Positions 49,050 to 59,545 of a stretch of DNA of 64,000 nt are shown one piece after another. Under the pieces are notes generated by a model. The model was not told where the DNA came from, did no database searches, and saw nothing but the letters and a program-made list of their open reading frames with translations. Origin of the DNA: an uncultured Clostridia bacterium (GTDB lineage Bacteria > Bacillota > Clostridia > Christensenellales > DTU072); assembly GCA_944349655.1 (NCBI GenBank), contig CALVNL010000002.1, positions 5,721-69,720 on the forward strand, written 5' to 3'. The position numbers were made by a program, and so were the translations under genes. Numbering within the stretch: the first letter of the stretch is position 1; each line of letters starts with the position of its first letter.

Positions 49050-50801
49050 TTATTTAGGTTGTGCCTTGGTCAGGTTTTTAATTTGCATTCTAATTTTTTC
49101 TTTTGCTTCTACGTCGGTCTCATTATTAAATTCCGTAGTCAGTCTTCTTAATTCCTTACCGGTATAATCCTGTTTAAGTTTTTTCATACATTGTAAATAA
49201 TAAGTTTTTTGGTCGGCTTCGTCTATCTTATCCGCCTCGTCCACCAACAATGCGGCTAAAGGATCGTCCCCCAATATATCGAATACGTCTGCGGCTTTAG
49301 GAATAATTCCGCTTAGCAGCCCCTTCATAAAGTAATCGAAAACTTCTATATATTTTTCTTCCGTAATATATTTTCTTATTTCCGGAAGATCGTCTGCGGC
49401 GATATAGTTCTTTCCGTATATAAACGAACTCATCACAAAAGCTTCTGCCTTTGCAAACGCATTGTTCTCCTGAGTAACCCTTTGGGCGGCAGGAACGACG
49501 GACTCGTTTATAACGGGCTTATCCTCTATCAAAGTTTCGGCTTTGACTCCGCTTTTGGATTCCACGACTTCGGCATAAATCTGCTTTTCCACTTCGTCGA
49601 GCGAATTTAATATATTTTTTGCGTCTTTGGCGTATTTGATCTTATCGTCGGATTTGTTAAGATTATACTTTTCCTCCACCTTCATAAGTTTATAATCGAT
49701 AAGCGGCATAGCTTTATCCAAAAGCTCTTCATAGCCCGTTTTACCGTATTTTCTGACGTAATCGTCCGGATCCATATTATCTTTGAGACAAACTACCTTT
49801 ACGTCCAGACCTTCGTTCTTTAATAAATCCAATCCTCGCAAAGTGGCGTTCTGCCCTGCGGAGTCACCGTCGAAGGAAACGTATACGAGATCGGCGTACC
49901 TTTTAATTTCGCGGCACTGTTCCACTGTTAAAGACGTACCCATGGACGCGACTGCGTTACGTATCCCTGCCTGATAAAGGCTCACTACGTCCATATGTCC
50001 TTCCACGAGTATCATGCTCCGAACTCCCGACGGCTGTCTTATTTTTTTGAAAAGGTTTATTCCGAACAGATTTTTCCTCTTATTGAAAACAAGCGTAGTC
50101 TGTGTATTCTTATATTTTGCAAAATCGGGATTAGAAACGAGAACTCTCCCGGTAAAACCGAGAACTTTTCCGTTGCCGCCGATAATAGGGATAATCAGCC
50201 TGTTGCCGAAAAAATCCGATAGTTTCCCCGAAGAGTTGACGCTGATTACGCCTGCGTCGATAAGACTTTGTTTGGCATAGCCTTTCTTCAACAGATATTC
50301 TGGCAAGGACTCGAAGTCCGAGGAACAGCCGATCCCGAAAGTATTTATAACGTCGGAATCCAACCCTCTTTTCGCTATGTATTCTCTTGCTATCGCACCG
50401 TTTTCGGAGAAAAGGTTCCTGTAATAGAACTTTGCGGTTTCCTTATTTATATTATAAATCTTTTCCGCCTGTTCGCTGCGAGCCTTGGCTTCAGGGTCGT
50501 CCGTAAATTCCGGAATCTCCAACCCGGCTTTTTTCGCAAGTATTTCCACTGCTTCGGCAAAGGAAATATTTTCGTATTCCATCAAGAAATTAAATATATT
50601 TCCGTGTTTACCGCAACCGTAGCAACGATAAAATTGGTGGTCGGATCTGATTTGAAAAGAAGGAGTTTTCTCTTTATGAAAGGGACAACACGCCCAATAA
50701 TCCCGTCCTTTTCTCTGCACGGTAACGTAAGAAGAAATTAAATCGACTATATCCGTTTTGCTTTTGATTTTCTCTAAAAAAGCGTCCGAAAAACGCCTCA
50801 T
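49050..50801 (-). CDS. dnaG: DNA primase
   Basis: It has the zinc ribbon CCPFHKEKTPSF..CYGCGKHG and a TOPRIM domain (LVEGHMDV, DGDSAG). Confidence 0.95.
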   Translation of the reverse strand: MRRFSDAFLEKIKSKTDIVDLISSYVTVQRKGRDYWACCPFHKEKTPSFQIRSDHQFYRCYGCGKHGNIFNFLMEYENISFAEAVEILAKKAGLEIPEFTDDPEAKARSEQAEKIYNINKETAKFYYRNLFSENGAIAREYIAKRGLDSDVINTFGIGCSSDFESLPEYLLKKGYAKQSLIDAGVISVNSSGKLSDFFGNRLIIPIIGGNGKVLGFTGRVLVSNPDFAKYKNTQTTLVFNKRKNLFGINLFKKIRQPSGVRSMILVEGHMDVVSLYQAGIRNAVASMGTSLTVEQCREIKRYADLVYVSFDGDSAGQNATLRGLDLLKNEGLDVKVVCLKDNMDPDDYVRKYGKTGYEELLDKAMPLIDYKLMKVEEKYNLNKSDDKIKYAKDAKNILNSLDEVEKQIYAEVVESKSGVKAETLIEDKPVINESVVPAAQRVTQENNAFAKAEAFVMSSFIYGKNYIAADDLPEIRKYITEEKYIEVFDYFMKGLLSGIIPKAADVFDILGDDPLAALLVDEADKIDEADQKTYYLQCMKKLKQDYTGKELRRLTTEFNNETDVEAKEKIRMQIKNLTKAQPK

Positions 50802-50934
50802 CTACCACCTCACAATATAACATTCGACAAAAAAATACATTATTCCTTATAATGCGCAATTTTATCTTAAAAAGTCATAAGGCTTGCGACGAAGCGTTCA
50901 GGAAAGAAAAATAATTTTCGGTAAATAAATACGT

Positions 50935-51252
50935 TTATGAAATTTTCTTTTTCAGTCTCGCGTAAATTTCGCTTAATTCAAGCATATATCTGACTTTAGC
51001 ATAATCGTCCAAAGCATTGAACTCCTTTTCATCCACGATAAGTTTGCTCAACGGATCGTAAACGAAATCGTCGCTTGCGAGAATTTCATTCACTTTAGCC
51101 TGCATATCTTCGAGTTGTACCTTTGTGATCTTCTTGTTATTGATAAAATACACGTCATATCTTTCTTTTGCATATTCCTCGTAGGAATTGTTCATAAGTC
51201 TTTTCCTCGCCTGCAAAATATAAAGTTTTGCCTCAGTCGAATATTTCGTCAT
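50935..51252 (-). CDS. Hypothetical 105-aa protein
   Basis: The ATG at 51252 follows AAAGGAG. The translation MTKYSTEAKLYILQARKRLMNNSYEEYAKERYDVYF... matched no family I recognise. The longer track ORF lacks an RBS. Confidence 0.5.
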   Translation of the reverse strand: MTKYSTEAKLYILQARKRLMNNSYEEYAKERYDVYFINNKKITKVQLEDMQAKVNEILASDDFVYDPLSKLIVDEKEFNALDDYAKVRYMLELSEIYARLKKKIS

Positions 51253-51386
51253 AATTCCTTTTGCTCCTTTGTTTTTTCTACATTTTAGCACCCTGAAACC
51301 GACATTGGGCAAAAATTGCAAAATTAGTGAAATTAAGACGGTTTTCGACAAAAGTTTTTTACGAAAGCGGAATTACCTTGAAATAA

Positions 51387-51415
51387 TTGACATTCTGCGG
51401 AGAATAATGTAATAT
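51387..51415 (+). promoter_or_regulatory. Candidate sigma-A promoter for rpsU
   Basis: TTGACA (51387-92), a 17-nt spacer and TAATAT (51410-15). Confidence 0.55.
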
Positions 51416-51452
51416 ACTAATAACCGATTCTTGTGCAAAGGGGGTGAACTTA

Positions 51453-51626
51453 ATGGCAACCGTTTACGTTAAAGAAAACGAATCCGTGGACAGCGCTTTC
51501 CGTCGTTGGAAAAGAAAATGCTCTACCGACGGTATCATCGGCGATCTCAAACGCCATGAGGTTTACGAAAAGCCCAGCGTAAGGAGAAAAAAGAAGGCTG
51601 AAAACGCCAGAAAAAGAAAATTCTAA
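51453..51626 (+). CDS. rpsU: 30S ribosomal protein S21
   Basis: The translation is MATVYVKENESVDSAFRRWKRKCSTDGIIGDLKRHEVYEKPSVRRKKKAENARKRKF. The ATG at 51453 lies 8 nt after AAAGGGGG. Confidence 0.95.
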   Translation: MATVYVKENESVDSAFRRWKRKCSTDGIIGDLKRHEVYEKPSVRRKKKAENARKRKF

Positions 51627-51630
51627 AACA

Positions 51631-51665
51631 AAAAACACACTTGATTTCAAGTGTGTTTTTCTTTT
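51631..51665. terminator. Intrinsic terminator after rpsU (also serves the convergent HIT gene)
   Basis: Stem CACACTT/AAGTGTG followed by T5cT4, with an A-run upstream. Confidence 0.75.
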
Positions 51666-51683
51666 ATGACTTTTTAATTTGTA

Positions 51684-52025
51684 TTATCCCATTTTTTCGG
51701 CGAGTTTCTCTCCTCCGAGAATATGAATATGAATATGATTGACGCTCTGGCAGCCGTCATCGCCTTTATTGGTTATCAATCTGTAACCGTTTTGCAATCC
51801 GAGTTCGTCCGTCAGACCTGCGAAGGCTGAAAAACATCTTTTCAAAAGGTCGGCATCGTTGGCTGCAAGTTCTCCGATATTGGCATAATGCTTTTTGGGC
51901 AATATCAAAAGATGAATTTTTGCCTGCGGATTGAGATCTTTGATGATTGCCATATCCTCGTTTTCGAAAACTTTGGTCGAGGGAATTTCTCCCGCAATAA
52001 TTTTACAAAAAATACAGTCGTTCAT
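51684..52025 (-). CDS. HIT family (histidine triad) protein
   Basis: Contains CIFCKII and the HIHIHIL triad. Confidence 0.9.
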   Translation of the reverse strand: MNDCIFCKIIAGEIPSTKVFENEDMAIIKDLNPQAKIHLLILPKKHYANIGELAANDADLLKRCFSAFAGLTDELGLQNGYRLITNKGDDGCQSVNHIHIHILGGEKLAEKMG

Positions 52026-53263
52026 TGTTTAATATCCTCCTTTAGTCCGTCTTTATACTGCGCAGTCGGAACACAATTTATAATTTCTCCGTTCCTATCC
52101 GTATAAATCTTAACGTAATTTCTCGAATACCCTACAAAATAATCCCCTTGTTTTGCCTCGATAAGGACTTCGTGTTTTATCCAGACATTGTTTTTCAGGA
52201 AAACCTTATGCAAAGATTTTTTCAAATCTAAAAGTTCGTTTCTCCGCTGTTTTACGATTTCCGAAGGCAAAGACGGAAGCTTTGCCGCTTTTGTCCCCAC
52301 TCTCGGCGAAAATGGAAAAACATGTATATCGGAAAAACCTACCCTTTTAATAAATTCGACGCTGCGTATATGGTTCTCCTGTCTTTCGGTAGGAAAACCG
52401 GTAATTACGTCGGTAGCTACGCAAGCGTTCGGATCGTATGAGCGTATCAGCTTTACCTTTTGCTCGTAACAAGCCGAAGTGTATTTCCTGTTCATTGCTT
52501 TTAATACTTCGTCGTCGCCGCTTTGCAAGGACAGATGGAAATGCGGACAGAATTTTTTCAGAGAAAACAATGCGTCCAAAAGTTCTTCGCTTATTCCTTC
52601 TGCATAAAAGGAGCCTATTCTGATACGACAGTCTATATCCTTAAGCCTTCTTATAAGTTCGGTCAGACCGGTACCCGTATCCGCACCGTAACTCATTATA
52701 TTTATACCCGTAAGCACTATTTCTTTGGAAGTAGCGGAAAGTCTTTCGATTTCCGAGACAATTTCGTCTGCGTTTCTCGAACGGCTTCTTCCTCGCAGAT
52801 AGGGAATAATGCAGTAGGAACAAAAACTGTCGCAACCGTCCTGGATTTTTACAAAAGCCCTCGTTCTGTCTGCCCGAGGTAAAAAACTGCTTTCGCATAC
52901 GGTAGGAAGAGTTTTGACTTCGCCGGAATACTCTGTATCTTCAAGTCTGTCCAAAATAGAGTTTTTCTGAGCCGAACCCGTAACGAATATTACGTTATCC
53001 TTGTGAAAATTTTCGGGATTATTTTGCGAAGCGCAACCGCATACAAAAATTTTTGCCGCAGGATTGAACGCGCGGCATCTCGATATTGCCTGTCTGGATT
53101 TCCGTTCGGCTTCAGCCGTTACGGCGCAAGTATTCAAAACGTATATGTCCGCGAAAACAAGCTCGTCATAAACATCGTACCCTTTTTGACGCAAACTTTC
53201 TTTGAGCACGTTACTTTCGTAATAATTAACCTTACACCCTAAATTAAATACTACTGCTTTCAT
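52022..53263 (-). CDS. mtaB: tRNA t6A37 methylthiotransferase MtaB
   Basis: It has an MTTase N-domain, the radical SAM motif CDSFCSYC and a TRAM-like C-terminus. It lies in the conserved dnaJ-prmA-rsmE-mtaB context. Confidence 0.85.
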   Translation of the reverse strand: MKAVVFNLGCKVNYYESNVLKESLRQKGYDVYDELVFADIYVLNTCAVTAEAERKSRQAISRCRAFNPAAKIFVCGCASQNNPENFHKDNVIFVTGSAQKNSILDRLEDTEYSGEVKTLPTVCESSFLPRADRTRAFVKIQDGCDSFCSYCIIPYLRGRSRSRNADEIVSEIERLSATSKEIVLTGINIMSYGADTGTGLTELIRRLKDIDCRIRIGSFYAEGISEELLDALFSLKKFCPHFHLSLQSGDDEVLKAMNRKYTSACYEQKVKLIRSYDPNACVATDVITGFPTERQENHIRSVEFIKRVGFSDIHVFPFSPRVGTKAAKLPSLPSEIVKQRRNELLDLKKSLHKVFLKNNVWIKHEVLIEAKQGDYFVGYSRNYVKIYTDRNGEIINCVPTAQYKDGLKEDIKQ

Positions 53264-53973
53264 TACGCTTCGCCGAGTTTTTCCAAAACAAGAGTCAATG
53301 CCGATACTACGGCGGTAGCTACCCTTAATATCCTTTTCCCGAGAGTATAAGTTTTTCCTCCGTTATCGATAAAAAGTTGCTTTTCTGCCTCGGAAAAGCC
53401 TCCTTCAGCCCCTATAAAAACATTGACGGGTTGCTCGTTATCCCATTCTGCGGAAGAAATTTTACGTTCTCTTTCAAATTCGTAAAACATAACCGCATTT
53501 CCGTTTTTCGCCTCTTCTACCGCCTGAGCGAAGTTTATCGGAGCCGTTATTTCCGCAAGACAACTTCGTCCGCATTGTTTGCTGCTTTCGAAAACTATCT
53601 TTTTAAGTCTCGGTAAATTAACCTTGTCGATGTTCGTTCTTTCCGAAAAGAAAGGAACTATCTTTTTTACGCCGAGTTCCACGGCTTTCTGAACCACGGT
53701 ATCGAAATCTTTTCCGACGGCGGCGTACAAAATAACGGGACGTACGGTTTCGGAATCGTTCAATACCCTTTCGGTAATTTCAGCATAAAGGGCGTCGCTT
53801 GAGATGTCCGTAACTTTTCCGTAATAGTCGTAACCGTCGTTACCGCATAAAATAAGAAAGTACCCGACTTTATGCCGAGTTACTTTTACCGCGTGAACGA
53901 ACTCCTCGCCTCTGAGGACGGCTCTGCGACGAGGGTAATCTATTTCTTCGCTGAAAAAACGTTTCAAATCCAT
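53263..53973 (-). CDS. rsmE: 16S rRNA (uracil1498-N3)-methyltransferase
   Basis: It starts MDLKRFFSEE. The protein has the SPOUT C-terminal GAEGGFSEAE...LGKRILRVATA. Confidence 0.88.
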   Translation of the reverse strand: MDLKRFFSEEIDYPRRRAVLRGEEFVHAVKVTRHKVGYFLILCGNDGYDYYGKVTDISSDALYAEITERVLNDSETVRPVILYAAVGKDFDTVVQKAVELGVKKIVPFFSERTNIDKVNLPRLKKIVFESSKQCGRSCLAEITAPINFAQAVEEAKNGNAVMFYEFERERKISSAEWDNEQPVNVFIGAEGGFSEAEKQLFIDNGGKTYTLGKRILRVATAVVSALTLVLEKLGEA

Positions 53974-54878
53974 AAAAATTTTAACCCGTCCCATTCCCCG
54001 AGGGAAAGTGCTTCGGAAAGAACGAAACCTGCAGACTCAAAAGCGTCGATTACTTCTTTCTTGCGTTCGTGAATAATTCCCGAACAAATCAGAACGCCTC
54101 CTTTGTTCATATGCGCGGACAGCCCTTCGCTCAATCTTATAAGTATGCCGGCGGTAAGATTGGCAAGCACCGCGTCTGCTTTTCTGTCTCCTACCAAAAG
54201 GTCTGCAAGTTCTATTTCTGCGTCGGGCAAGACGCCGTTAAGTTCGGCGTTTTCCTTGGCGGCTTTGACCGCAACGCTATCTATATCGCACATATAACAG
54301 CTTTTTGCTCCGCTTTTTATTGCGGCAATGCCGAGTATTCCGCTGCCGGTACCTACGTCGATGACTGCTTTATCGTTAAAATCTATTCCGCTCATCAACA
54401 TAAGACACATTTTGGTGGACTCGTGTTCGCCCGTGCCGAAAGCCATACCCGGATCCATTAAAATTTTGATTTTTTCGGGAGACGAATTGTGATTTATCCA
54501 CTTCGGAACTATATTGTAACGTCCGGCTTCGATAGGTCTGTAGTATTTTTTCCAAGTATCTACCCAGCTTTCATCGTCAATGACGGAAGTGTTTATCTCT
54601 CCGAACGGTACGCCCTCGCCAGCAAGATATTCCTTGAGTTCTTTTATCTTTCCGTCCTTTTCATCCAGACTGACAAAACCGCTGACTTTAGCGCTTTTAT
54701 CGGCTTTCAAAAGATTTTCATCGACGTAGTCCCACATTTTATTATGAGCGATAATATCGAGAACGTCGTTAACGTCGGTTATTTTAACCCCTCCCGCACA
54801 ACCGATGGAAAAAAAGGCATCGGCTATAAGCTCGGTGCCTTCCGAATCGGTATTTACTGTTATTTCACACCATTTCAT
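53964..54878 (-). CDS. prmA: Ribosomal protein L11 methyltransferase
   Basis: Contains GMAFGTGEHESTKMCL and DVGTGSGILGIAA. Confidence 0.92.
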   Translation of the reverse strand: MKWCEITVNTDSEGTELIADAFFSIGCAGGVKITDVNDVLDIIAHNKMWDYVDENLLKADKSAKVSGFVSLDEKDGKIKELKEYLAGEGVPFGEINTSVIDDESWVDTWKKYYRPIEAGRYNIVPKWINHNSSPEKIKILMDPGMAFGTGEHESTKMCLMLMSGIDFNDKAVIDVGTGSGILGIAAIKSGAKSCYMCDIDSVAVKAAKENAELNGVLPDAEIELADLLVGDRKADAVLANLTAGILIRLSEGLSAHMNKGGVLICSGIIHERKKEVIDAFESAGFVLSEALSLGEWDGLKFLWI

Positions 54879-56038
54879 TTCAAATCTTTAACCAACTTAT
54901 TGTATTTTTCTATTTTATCGTATTTCGCTTTGGCGAGAATATCATCCATTTCTTTAAGTGCGGATTTTTGTTTCGAAGACAGTCCTGAAGGAATATCCAC
55001 TACCAGTCTGACAAACAAATCTCCGTAAGCGTCTTTTCTTAGATATTTAACGCCCTTTCCTTTGATACGTTTTAACGTACCGCTTTGAGTCCCTTCGGGG
55101 ATTTGCAGTTCCACGGTCTTGCCGTCCGGCGTAGGAACTTGAATCACGTCTCCTAAAACGGCCTGCGTAAGAGTAATCGGGATATCGAAAGTTATGTTGA
55201 CACCGTCTCTTTGGAAAAGCGGATGGTCCTGCACTTTAAGTACGAGGATAAGGTTTCCGTTGTTGCCTCTGCCGGGGGAAGCGCAACCCTCTCCTCTTAA
55301 GGTAAGCATCTGTCCGTTGTCCACTCCGGCAGGGATGTTGACTTTAATGCTTCTTTGTTTCTTTATCCTGCCTTTTCCGCCGCAATCCTTACACTTATCG
55401 GTAATTATTTTACCGCTTCCGCCGCATTCGTCGCAAACTCTTTGCGATTGCATAACTCCGAAAGGCGTCCTCTGTTGCACGTTGATAACGCCGCTTCCGC
55501 CGCATTTGGTGCAAACCTTTATGGAAGAACTGTCTTTTGCGCCGCTTCCGCCGCAGGTAGGACATTTCTCTATTCTGGTAAATACGACTTCTTTATCCTT
55601 TACTCCGAATACCGCTTCTTTGAACGTCAAATTCAGAACGTATTCTATATCGTCTCCGTCCCTTTCGGCACGTCTGGAAGTTCTTCCTCCGCTGCTTCCG
55701 GTAAAAGCCGAGAAAATATTGTTTATAAAATCGTCGTATCCTCCGCTTGCACCTCCTCCGAAAGGATTGAATCCGAAACCTCCGTTTCCGCTCATGGTAG
55801 GACCGTCTTCGTTGCCGAATTGGTCGTAAGCCGCTTTCTTCTGAGGATCTGTCAGAACTTCGTAAGCATGTTGAACTTCCTTGAACTTCGCTTCGGCGTC
55901 CTTCTTGGTTTTTTCGTCTGCGGTAGCATATACGTCGGGATGATACTTTTTCGCCATACGGCGATATGCGGATTTTATTTCATCCGCACTCGCCTGTCTG
56001 GATATTCCGAGTATCTCGTAATAATCTTTATTTGCCAT
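54875..56038 (-). CDS. dnaJ: Molecular chaperone DnaJ
   Basis: It has a J domain (YYEILGI...HPD), a G/F-rich region and four CxxCxGxG zinc-finger repeats. Confidence 0.97.
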   Translation of the reverse strand: MANKDYYEILGISRQASADEIKSAYRRMAKKYHPDVYATADEKTKKDAEAKFKEVQHAYEVLTDPQKKAAYDQFGNEDGPTMSGNGGFGFNPFGGGASGGYDDFINNIFSAFTGSSGGRTSRRAERDGDDIEYVLNLTFKEAVFGVKDKEVVFTRIEKCPTCGGSGAKDSSSIKVCTKCGGSGVINVQQRTPFGVMQSQRVCDECGGSGKIITDKCKDCGGKGRIKKQRSIKVNIPAGVDNGQMLTLRGEGCASPGRGNNGNLILVLKVQDHPLFQRDGVNITFDIPITLTQAVLGDVIQVPTPDGKTVELQIPEGTQSGTLKRIKGKGVKYLRKDAYGDLFVRLVVDIPSGLSSKQKSALKEMDDILAKAKYDKIEKYNKLVKDLK

Positions 56039-56054
56039 AAAACCTTCTATAAGT

Positions 56055-57869
56055 TTATTTTATATCGTCCGGGTTGATATTTATAGACGAACCGTCGTCG
56101 GCAGCGTTATTGGTTCCGCCGTTCTCCGCCTGAGCCTGCTGATACAGTTTGGTGAAGATATGGTTGGTCTCTTTGCTGAGTTCCTCGGTCAACGCCTTGA
56201 TATCTTCCACGGTCTGAGCTTTATCGAGCTTTTCTTTTGCGGTTTTATTGGCGTCTTCCAAAGTAGCTTTGTCTTCATCGCTGAGTTTGTCGCCGGACTC
56301 TCTCAATGTCTTGTCGATAGCGAGAATAAGCTGCTCTGCGTTATTTCTCATATCGATCATTTCTTTACGTTTCTTGTCTTCTTCTGCATACTTTTCCGCT
56401 TCCTTAACTGCCTTGTCGATATCCTCTTCGGTCAGGTTTGTGGACGCGGTTATGGTGATATTATTGGTTTTGCCGGTACCCTTATCCAAGGCGGTAACGC
56501 TTACTATACCGTTTGCGTCGATATCGAAGGTAACTTCGATCTGCGGCACTCCTCTCATAGCGGGAGGTATCCCGGTAAGTTCGAAACGTCCGAGGGTCTT
56601 ATTATCGGCAGCCATTGCTCTTTCACCCTGTAAAACGTGAATATCCACGCTGGTCTGATTGTCGCTTGCAGTACTGAATATCTGGCTCTTCTTGGTAGGA
56701 ATGGTGGTGTTTCTTTCGATAAGTTTGGTAAACACTCCGCCCATAGTTTCGATACCCAGGCTCAACGGAGTAACGTCGAGAAGCAATACGTCTTTCACGT
56801 CTCCGGCAAGCACGCCGCCCTGAATTGCCGCGCCGAGTGCCACACATTCGTCGGGATTGATACCTTTATAAGGTTCTTTTCCGGTAATCTTCTTCACGGC
56901 TTCGAAAACTGCAGGAATACGGGTAGAACCGCCAACCAGTACGACTTTATCTATCTGGGAGGCTTTCAGTCCGGCGTCACGCAAAGCCTGTTCGGTAGGA
57001 GCAATGGTCTTATTGACCAAATAAGCCGTCATATCGTCGAATTTAGCTCTGGTAAGATCCATATCGATATGCAAAGGTCCGTTAGCTCCCACGGTAATGA
57101 ACGGCAGATTGATATTGGCTTTCTGAACGCCGCTCAGTTCGATTTTCGCCCTTTCGGCTGCTTCCTTTACCCTCTGCATAGCCATTTTATCCTTGGACAA
57201 ATCGATACCTTCGGTTTTCTTGAATTCCTCGACTATCCATTTGATAATTTCGTTGTCGAAGTCATCGCCGCCGAGACGAGTGTCGCCGTTGGTTGCAAGT
57301 ACCTGGAATACGCCGTCGTCAAGTTCCAGTATGGAAACGTCGAACGTTCCGCCGCCGAGGTCGTAAATCAATATTTTCTGTTCTTTGTTTTCTTTGTCGA
57401 GTCCGTAGCTTAAAGCCGCCGCGGTAGGTTCGTTTATTATACGCAAAACTTCGAGTCCGGCAATTTTACCTGCGTCTTTAGTCGCTTGACGTTGACTGTC
57501 GGAAAAATATGCGGGCACGGTAATAACCGCTTGAGTAACTTTCTGCCCGAGATATGCTTCGGCGTCGTTTTTAAGTTTAGTTAAAATCATCGCGGAAATT
57601 TCCTGGGGAGTGTACTCCTTATCGTCGATTTTAACTTTGTGAGAAGTTCCCATTTCTCTTTTAATGCTGGAAATGGTTTTATCGGCGTTGACAACCGCCT
57701 GACGTTTTGCTATTTGTCCGACGAGACGGGTCCCGTCTTTTGCAAATCCTACGACGGACGGAGTGGTTCTGGCGCCTTCGGCGTTAGGTATAACCACGGC
57801 TTCGCCGCCTTCCATAACTGCTACGCAGGAATTGGTCGTTCCTAAATCGATACCTATTATTTTAGTCAT
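56055..57869 (-). CDS. dnaK: Molecular chaperone DnaK
   Basis: Contains [24 protein letters not shown] and [10 protein letters not shown]. Confidence 0.98.
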   Translation of the reverse strand: MTKIIGIDLGTTNSCVAVMEGGEAVVIPNAEGARTTPSVVGFAKDGTRLVGQIAKRQAVVNADKTISSIKREMGTSHKVKIDDKEYTPQEISAMILTKLKNDAEAYLGQKVTQAVITVPAYFSDSQRQATKDAGKIAGLEVLRIINEPTAAALSYGLDKENKEQKILIYDLGGGTFDVSILELDDGVFQVLATNGDTRLGGDDFDNEIIKWIVEEFKKTEGIDLSKDKMAMQRVKEAAERAKIELSGVQKANINLPFITVGANGPLHIDMDLTRAKFDDMTAYLVNKTIAPTEQALRDAGLKASQIDKVVLVGGSTRIPAVFEAVKKITGKEPYKGINPDECVALGAAIQGGVLAGDVKDVLLLDVTPLSLGIETMGGVFTKLIERNTTIPTKKSQIFSTASDNQTSVDIHVLQGERAMAADNKTLGRFELTGIPPAMRGVPQIEVTFDIDANGIVSVTALDKGTGKTNNITITASTNLTEEDIDKAVKEAEKYAEEDKKRKEMIDMRNNAEQLILAIDKTLRESGDKLSDEDKATLEDANKTAKEKLDKAQTVEDIKALTEELSKETNHIFTKLYQQAQAENGGTNNAADDGSSININPDDIK

Positions 57870-57890
57870 AATTCTTCATCTCCTTTTATA

Positions 57891-58397
57891 TTATTGTGCC
57901 ACTTTGACCATTGCCGGTCTTAGCACCTTGTTTTTTCTGATATAACCTTTCTGGAAAACTTCCACTACTACGTTTTCCTTTTCGCCGTCATCGCATTTAG
58001 CGATGGCGTGATGATATTCGGGATTAAACTCAGCTCCCAACGCTTCTATTTCCTTAACCTCATACTTTTCGAGGATACCCACTATCTGTTTGTAGATAAG
58101 CTCCATTCCCTGACGCGCCGAGTCTTCGACCGCGCTGATTCCTCTCTCGAAATTATCGAGAACGGGAAAAAGTTTACTTATTACGTCGTCGGTAGCGTCG
58201 TTTCTGGCGACTTTGACCGCTTCGTTGTTTCTTTTGCGGTAGTTGTCGAATTCGGCTTGCACCCTTTGCGCCAAATCTTTATACTCGTCGGCTTTTTTCA
58301 ATGCCTGTTCGAGTTCGGCGTTTACTTCCTCTTCCTTAACGACTTCTTCCGTCGTCTCCGCTTTTATATCTTCATTTAAGCCTTTTTCCGTCATCAT
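57891..58397 (-). CDS. grpE: Nucleotide exchange factor GrpE
   Basis: It has the coiled-coil RVQAEFDNYRKR and a C-terminal beta domain ending VLRPAMVKV. Confidence 0.95.
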   Translation of the reverse strand: MMTEKGLNEDIKAETTEEVVKEEEVNAELEQALKKADEYKDLAQRVQAEFDNYRKRNNEAVKVARNDATDDVISKLFPVLDNFERGISAVEDSARQGMELIYKQIVGILEKYEVKEIEALGAEFNPEYHHAIAKCDDGEKENVVVEVFQKGYIRKNKVLRPAMVKVAQ

Positions 58398-59418
58398 TTC
58401 CTCCGTCGGTTATTTCTCCCAAAGCATTACTGATGCATTTAAGCACGCTCATAACTTTGGAATAATCCATTCTCTCGGGTCCGATAACTCCGGCGTGTCC
58501 GATTTCCTTCCCGTTGAGAACGTATTTTGCAGTCACAATAGCGCATTTTTCAATGCCGCCGTTTTCCTCTTTTCCTATCCTGACGCTGAACTCTATGTCG
58601 CTGTTATCGTCTATAACCTCGGCAAGGCGCTCCTTTGTATCGATAACCGCCAGAAAGTCTTTCGTGGCGTTCAGGTCATGATCGGGATATTCCAAAAACT
58701 TGGATTGCCCTTCCATATAAACCGTTTCGTCCACTTTCTCGGCGTAACTTTCCAGGATAGCCACTATGCTTTCGTACAACTCGCGAAACTCGCTCATTTC
58801 GGTTTCGATGAGTTTATCCGGATTTCTTACTTCGCTGACGGTTTTGCCGGCAAAAATTTTATTTGCCATTGCGTTGGCGTCTTTAACGTACCTTGCGTCT
58901 ATTTCGCTCTGTAAGGTTATGACCTTATCTCGGATAATTCCGCTGTCCGTTATTATGACTACCAAAAGATTGTGCGCGTCGAGATCGATAAGTTTTATTT
59001 CCTTCAGTACTACTTTATTGATGTTCTTCAATACTATTACAGAAGTATAATTAGTTACGTCGCTGATGACTTTTGCCGTCTTTCTTACGAGGTCCTCGAT
59101 TTCGCTGAAACGCTCCTTGAAGGAATTTTCTATAAAAGCGATTTCCTCTTTCTTTAACGGCTGCCTTTCCAGAAACTTATCCACATAAAGCGTATATGCT
59201 TTTTTGGAAGGTATCCTTCCTGCCGAAGTATGCGGCTGAATCAGATATCCCATTTCTTCCAGCGCCGAAAGCTCGTTACGAATGGTCGCCGAACTAATCT
59301 CGCCGAAATGTTTGGATTTGATTTCGCCGGAAGATATCGGAGACGCGCTGTTGATATATTCGTCAACTACCGCCTTCAATATTTTCTGTTTACGTTCGGA
59401 CAGATTATCCGTTCCCAT
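58372..59418 (-). CDS. hrcA: Heat-inducible transcription repressor HrcA
   Basis: It has a winged-helix N-terminus (SERKQKILKAVVDEYI...SSGEI). The ATG at 59418 lies 6 nt after AAGGAG. A CIRCE operator is upstream. Confidence 0.93.
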   Translation of the reverse strand: MGTDNLSERKQKILKAVVDEYINSASPISSGEIKSKHFGEISSATIRNELSALEEMGYLIQPHTSAGRIPSKKAYTLYVDKFLERQPLKKEEIAFIENSFKERFSEIEDLVRKTAKVISDVTNYTSVIVLKNINKVVLKEIKLIDLDAHNLLVVIITDSGIIRDKVITLQSEIDARYVKDANAMANKIFAGKTVSEVRNPDKLIETEMSEFRELYESIVAILESYAEKVDETVYMEGQSKFLEYPDHDLNATKDFLAVIDTKERLAEVIDDNSDIEFSVRIGKEENGGIEKCAIVTAKYVLNGKEIGHAGVIGPERMDYSKVMSVLKCISNALGEITDGGNDDGKRLK

Positions 59419-59449
59419 ATCGCTCCTTAGCACTATCTTTTAATGTCTG

Positions 59450-59476
59450 TTAGCAATCACTACCTTTGACTGCTAA
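59450..59476 (-). promoter_or_regulatory. CIRCE operator (HrcA binding site)
   Basis: The minus strand reads TTAGCAGTC-N9-GATTGCTAA against the consensus TTAGCACTC-N9-GAGTGCTAA, matching 8/9 in each arm. It lies directly downstream of the -10. Confidence 0.85.
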
Positions 59477-59480
59477 CTCA

Positions 59481-59508
59481 ATTATAGCACTATTGTACCC
59501 TGTGTCAA
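59481..59508 (-). promoter_or_regulatory. Sigma-A promoter of hrcA-grpE-dnaK-dnaJ
   Basis: On the minus strand, TTGACA (59508..59503), a 16-nt spacer and TATAAT (59486..59481). Confidence 0.7.
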
Positions 59509-59545
59509 GCGATTTTATTCCGAAATTAAAAAAATTTTTTGAAAA

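Noticed and set aside
55194-57413. Several 200-260 aa plus-strand ORFs opposite dnaJ and dnaK, some Pro/Ser/Leu-rich
   Set aside because: They are reverse-complement artefacts of the Gly/Cys-rich DnaJ and the conserved DnaK coding sequences, and they lack RBSs.
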